Below are positions 63,378-64,000 of a stretch of DNA of 64,000 nt, piece after piece. Below the pieces are notes generated by a model. That model saw only the letters and a program-made list of their open reading frames with translations, did no database searches and had not been told where the DNA came from. Every line of letters begins with the position of its first letter. Position 1 is the first letter of the stretch. The DNA is from Podarcis bocagei (Eukaryota): NCBI GenBank assembly GCA_964188305.1, contig OZ076886.1. One strand, 5' to 3'. The position numbers and the translations under genes were made by a program.

Positions 63378-64000
63378 CCAAGTGCATTCAAGACCTCTAC
63401 AGAAGCCCCCTTCAGTCCTTCACCCTAAATGTGTGAAGGTCTGAGAAGCACCCCCCATATGTGGGGCATTGGTGGTGGTGTTTGCATCCACACCCCTTGC
63501 CCTTCTAAACAGCCTCAACCCTTGTGTTTTCAGGTGATCTCTTGAAGAGGGTCACAATTTCAGCAACTTCAACCCCTTTCACCATTTACTGGGTCCTCTA
63601 TCGCTTCAGGATGCTGCACATGGTCCATGTTAAAGCGCTCAAGCAGTCATGAAATTGAATAGCAGGCTATTTGTTTGCCACTACTTTATCTTAAAATAGC
63701 AACTGTCTCTGGCCCCTTCAACAATTTTCAGATGTCAGTTGTGCCCTAGATTAATAAACAGGGCAGCTCCCCTTTAAAACACATATTTTGAGATTTGTTC
63801 ATCAGTCAGATTTCATGTTGGAATTGGATGTGTAGTTCAGAGCTCTAAGTAAGCCAATACTCTGAGCTCTGCTTTGAAGGAAGGAACTGCAAAAAGCCCT
63901 TGGCTGAAGTCCCACCGCTGTTATTGGCACTGCGAGTTTAAAGAAACACATGTTGGAATGTTACCTAGGGAATCCCTCAGACACCACAGAAAGACCTGCA

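Larger units (their letters stand above)
10227..64000 (+). other. ABLIM3: Long intron (>53 kb) extending past the window end
   Basis: Starts GTAAGT; I found no exon encoding IPYQQ.../CxxC LIM sequence by eye or in the ORF track; region is dominated by TEs. Confidence 0.6.

Overview
Vertebrate genomic DNA, almost certainly from a squamate and probably a lacertid lizard (inferred from Sauria-type SINEs, tRNA-headed CR1-tailed SINEs and lizard-type hAT and Tc1/mariner MITEs). The only host-gene signal is a CpG-island promoter (~9.2-10.3 kb). It has a probable non-coding exon (donor at 9510/9511) and an exon ending ATG AGC ACC AGC A|gtaagt (10214-10226). A 13-nt first coding segment, M-S-T-S plus a phase-1 intron, matches my recollection of ABLIM3 (human N-terminus MNTS-IPYQQ). 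I found no downstream LIM-coding exon, so the remaining ~54 kb reads as one long intron filled with CR1, L2 and L1 fragments, SINEs, hAT and mariner MITEs (many with readable TSDs) and microsatellites. Apart from LINE remnants, the long ORFs in the track look spurious. I see no convincing novel protein-coding system. The best leads are: (i) a fold-back scar at a hAT MITE end whose loop is exactly the TSD; (ii) clustered CArG and MEF2 sites suggesting an SRF feedback enhancer; (iii) a Penelope-type palindrome with a decayed hammerhead core; (iv) a tandem duplication with block-wise conserved motifs; (v) several nested TE insertions whose relative ages can be ordered.
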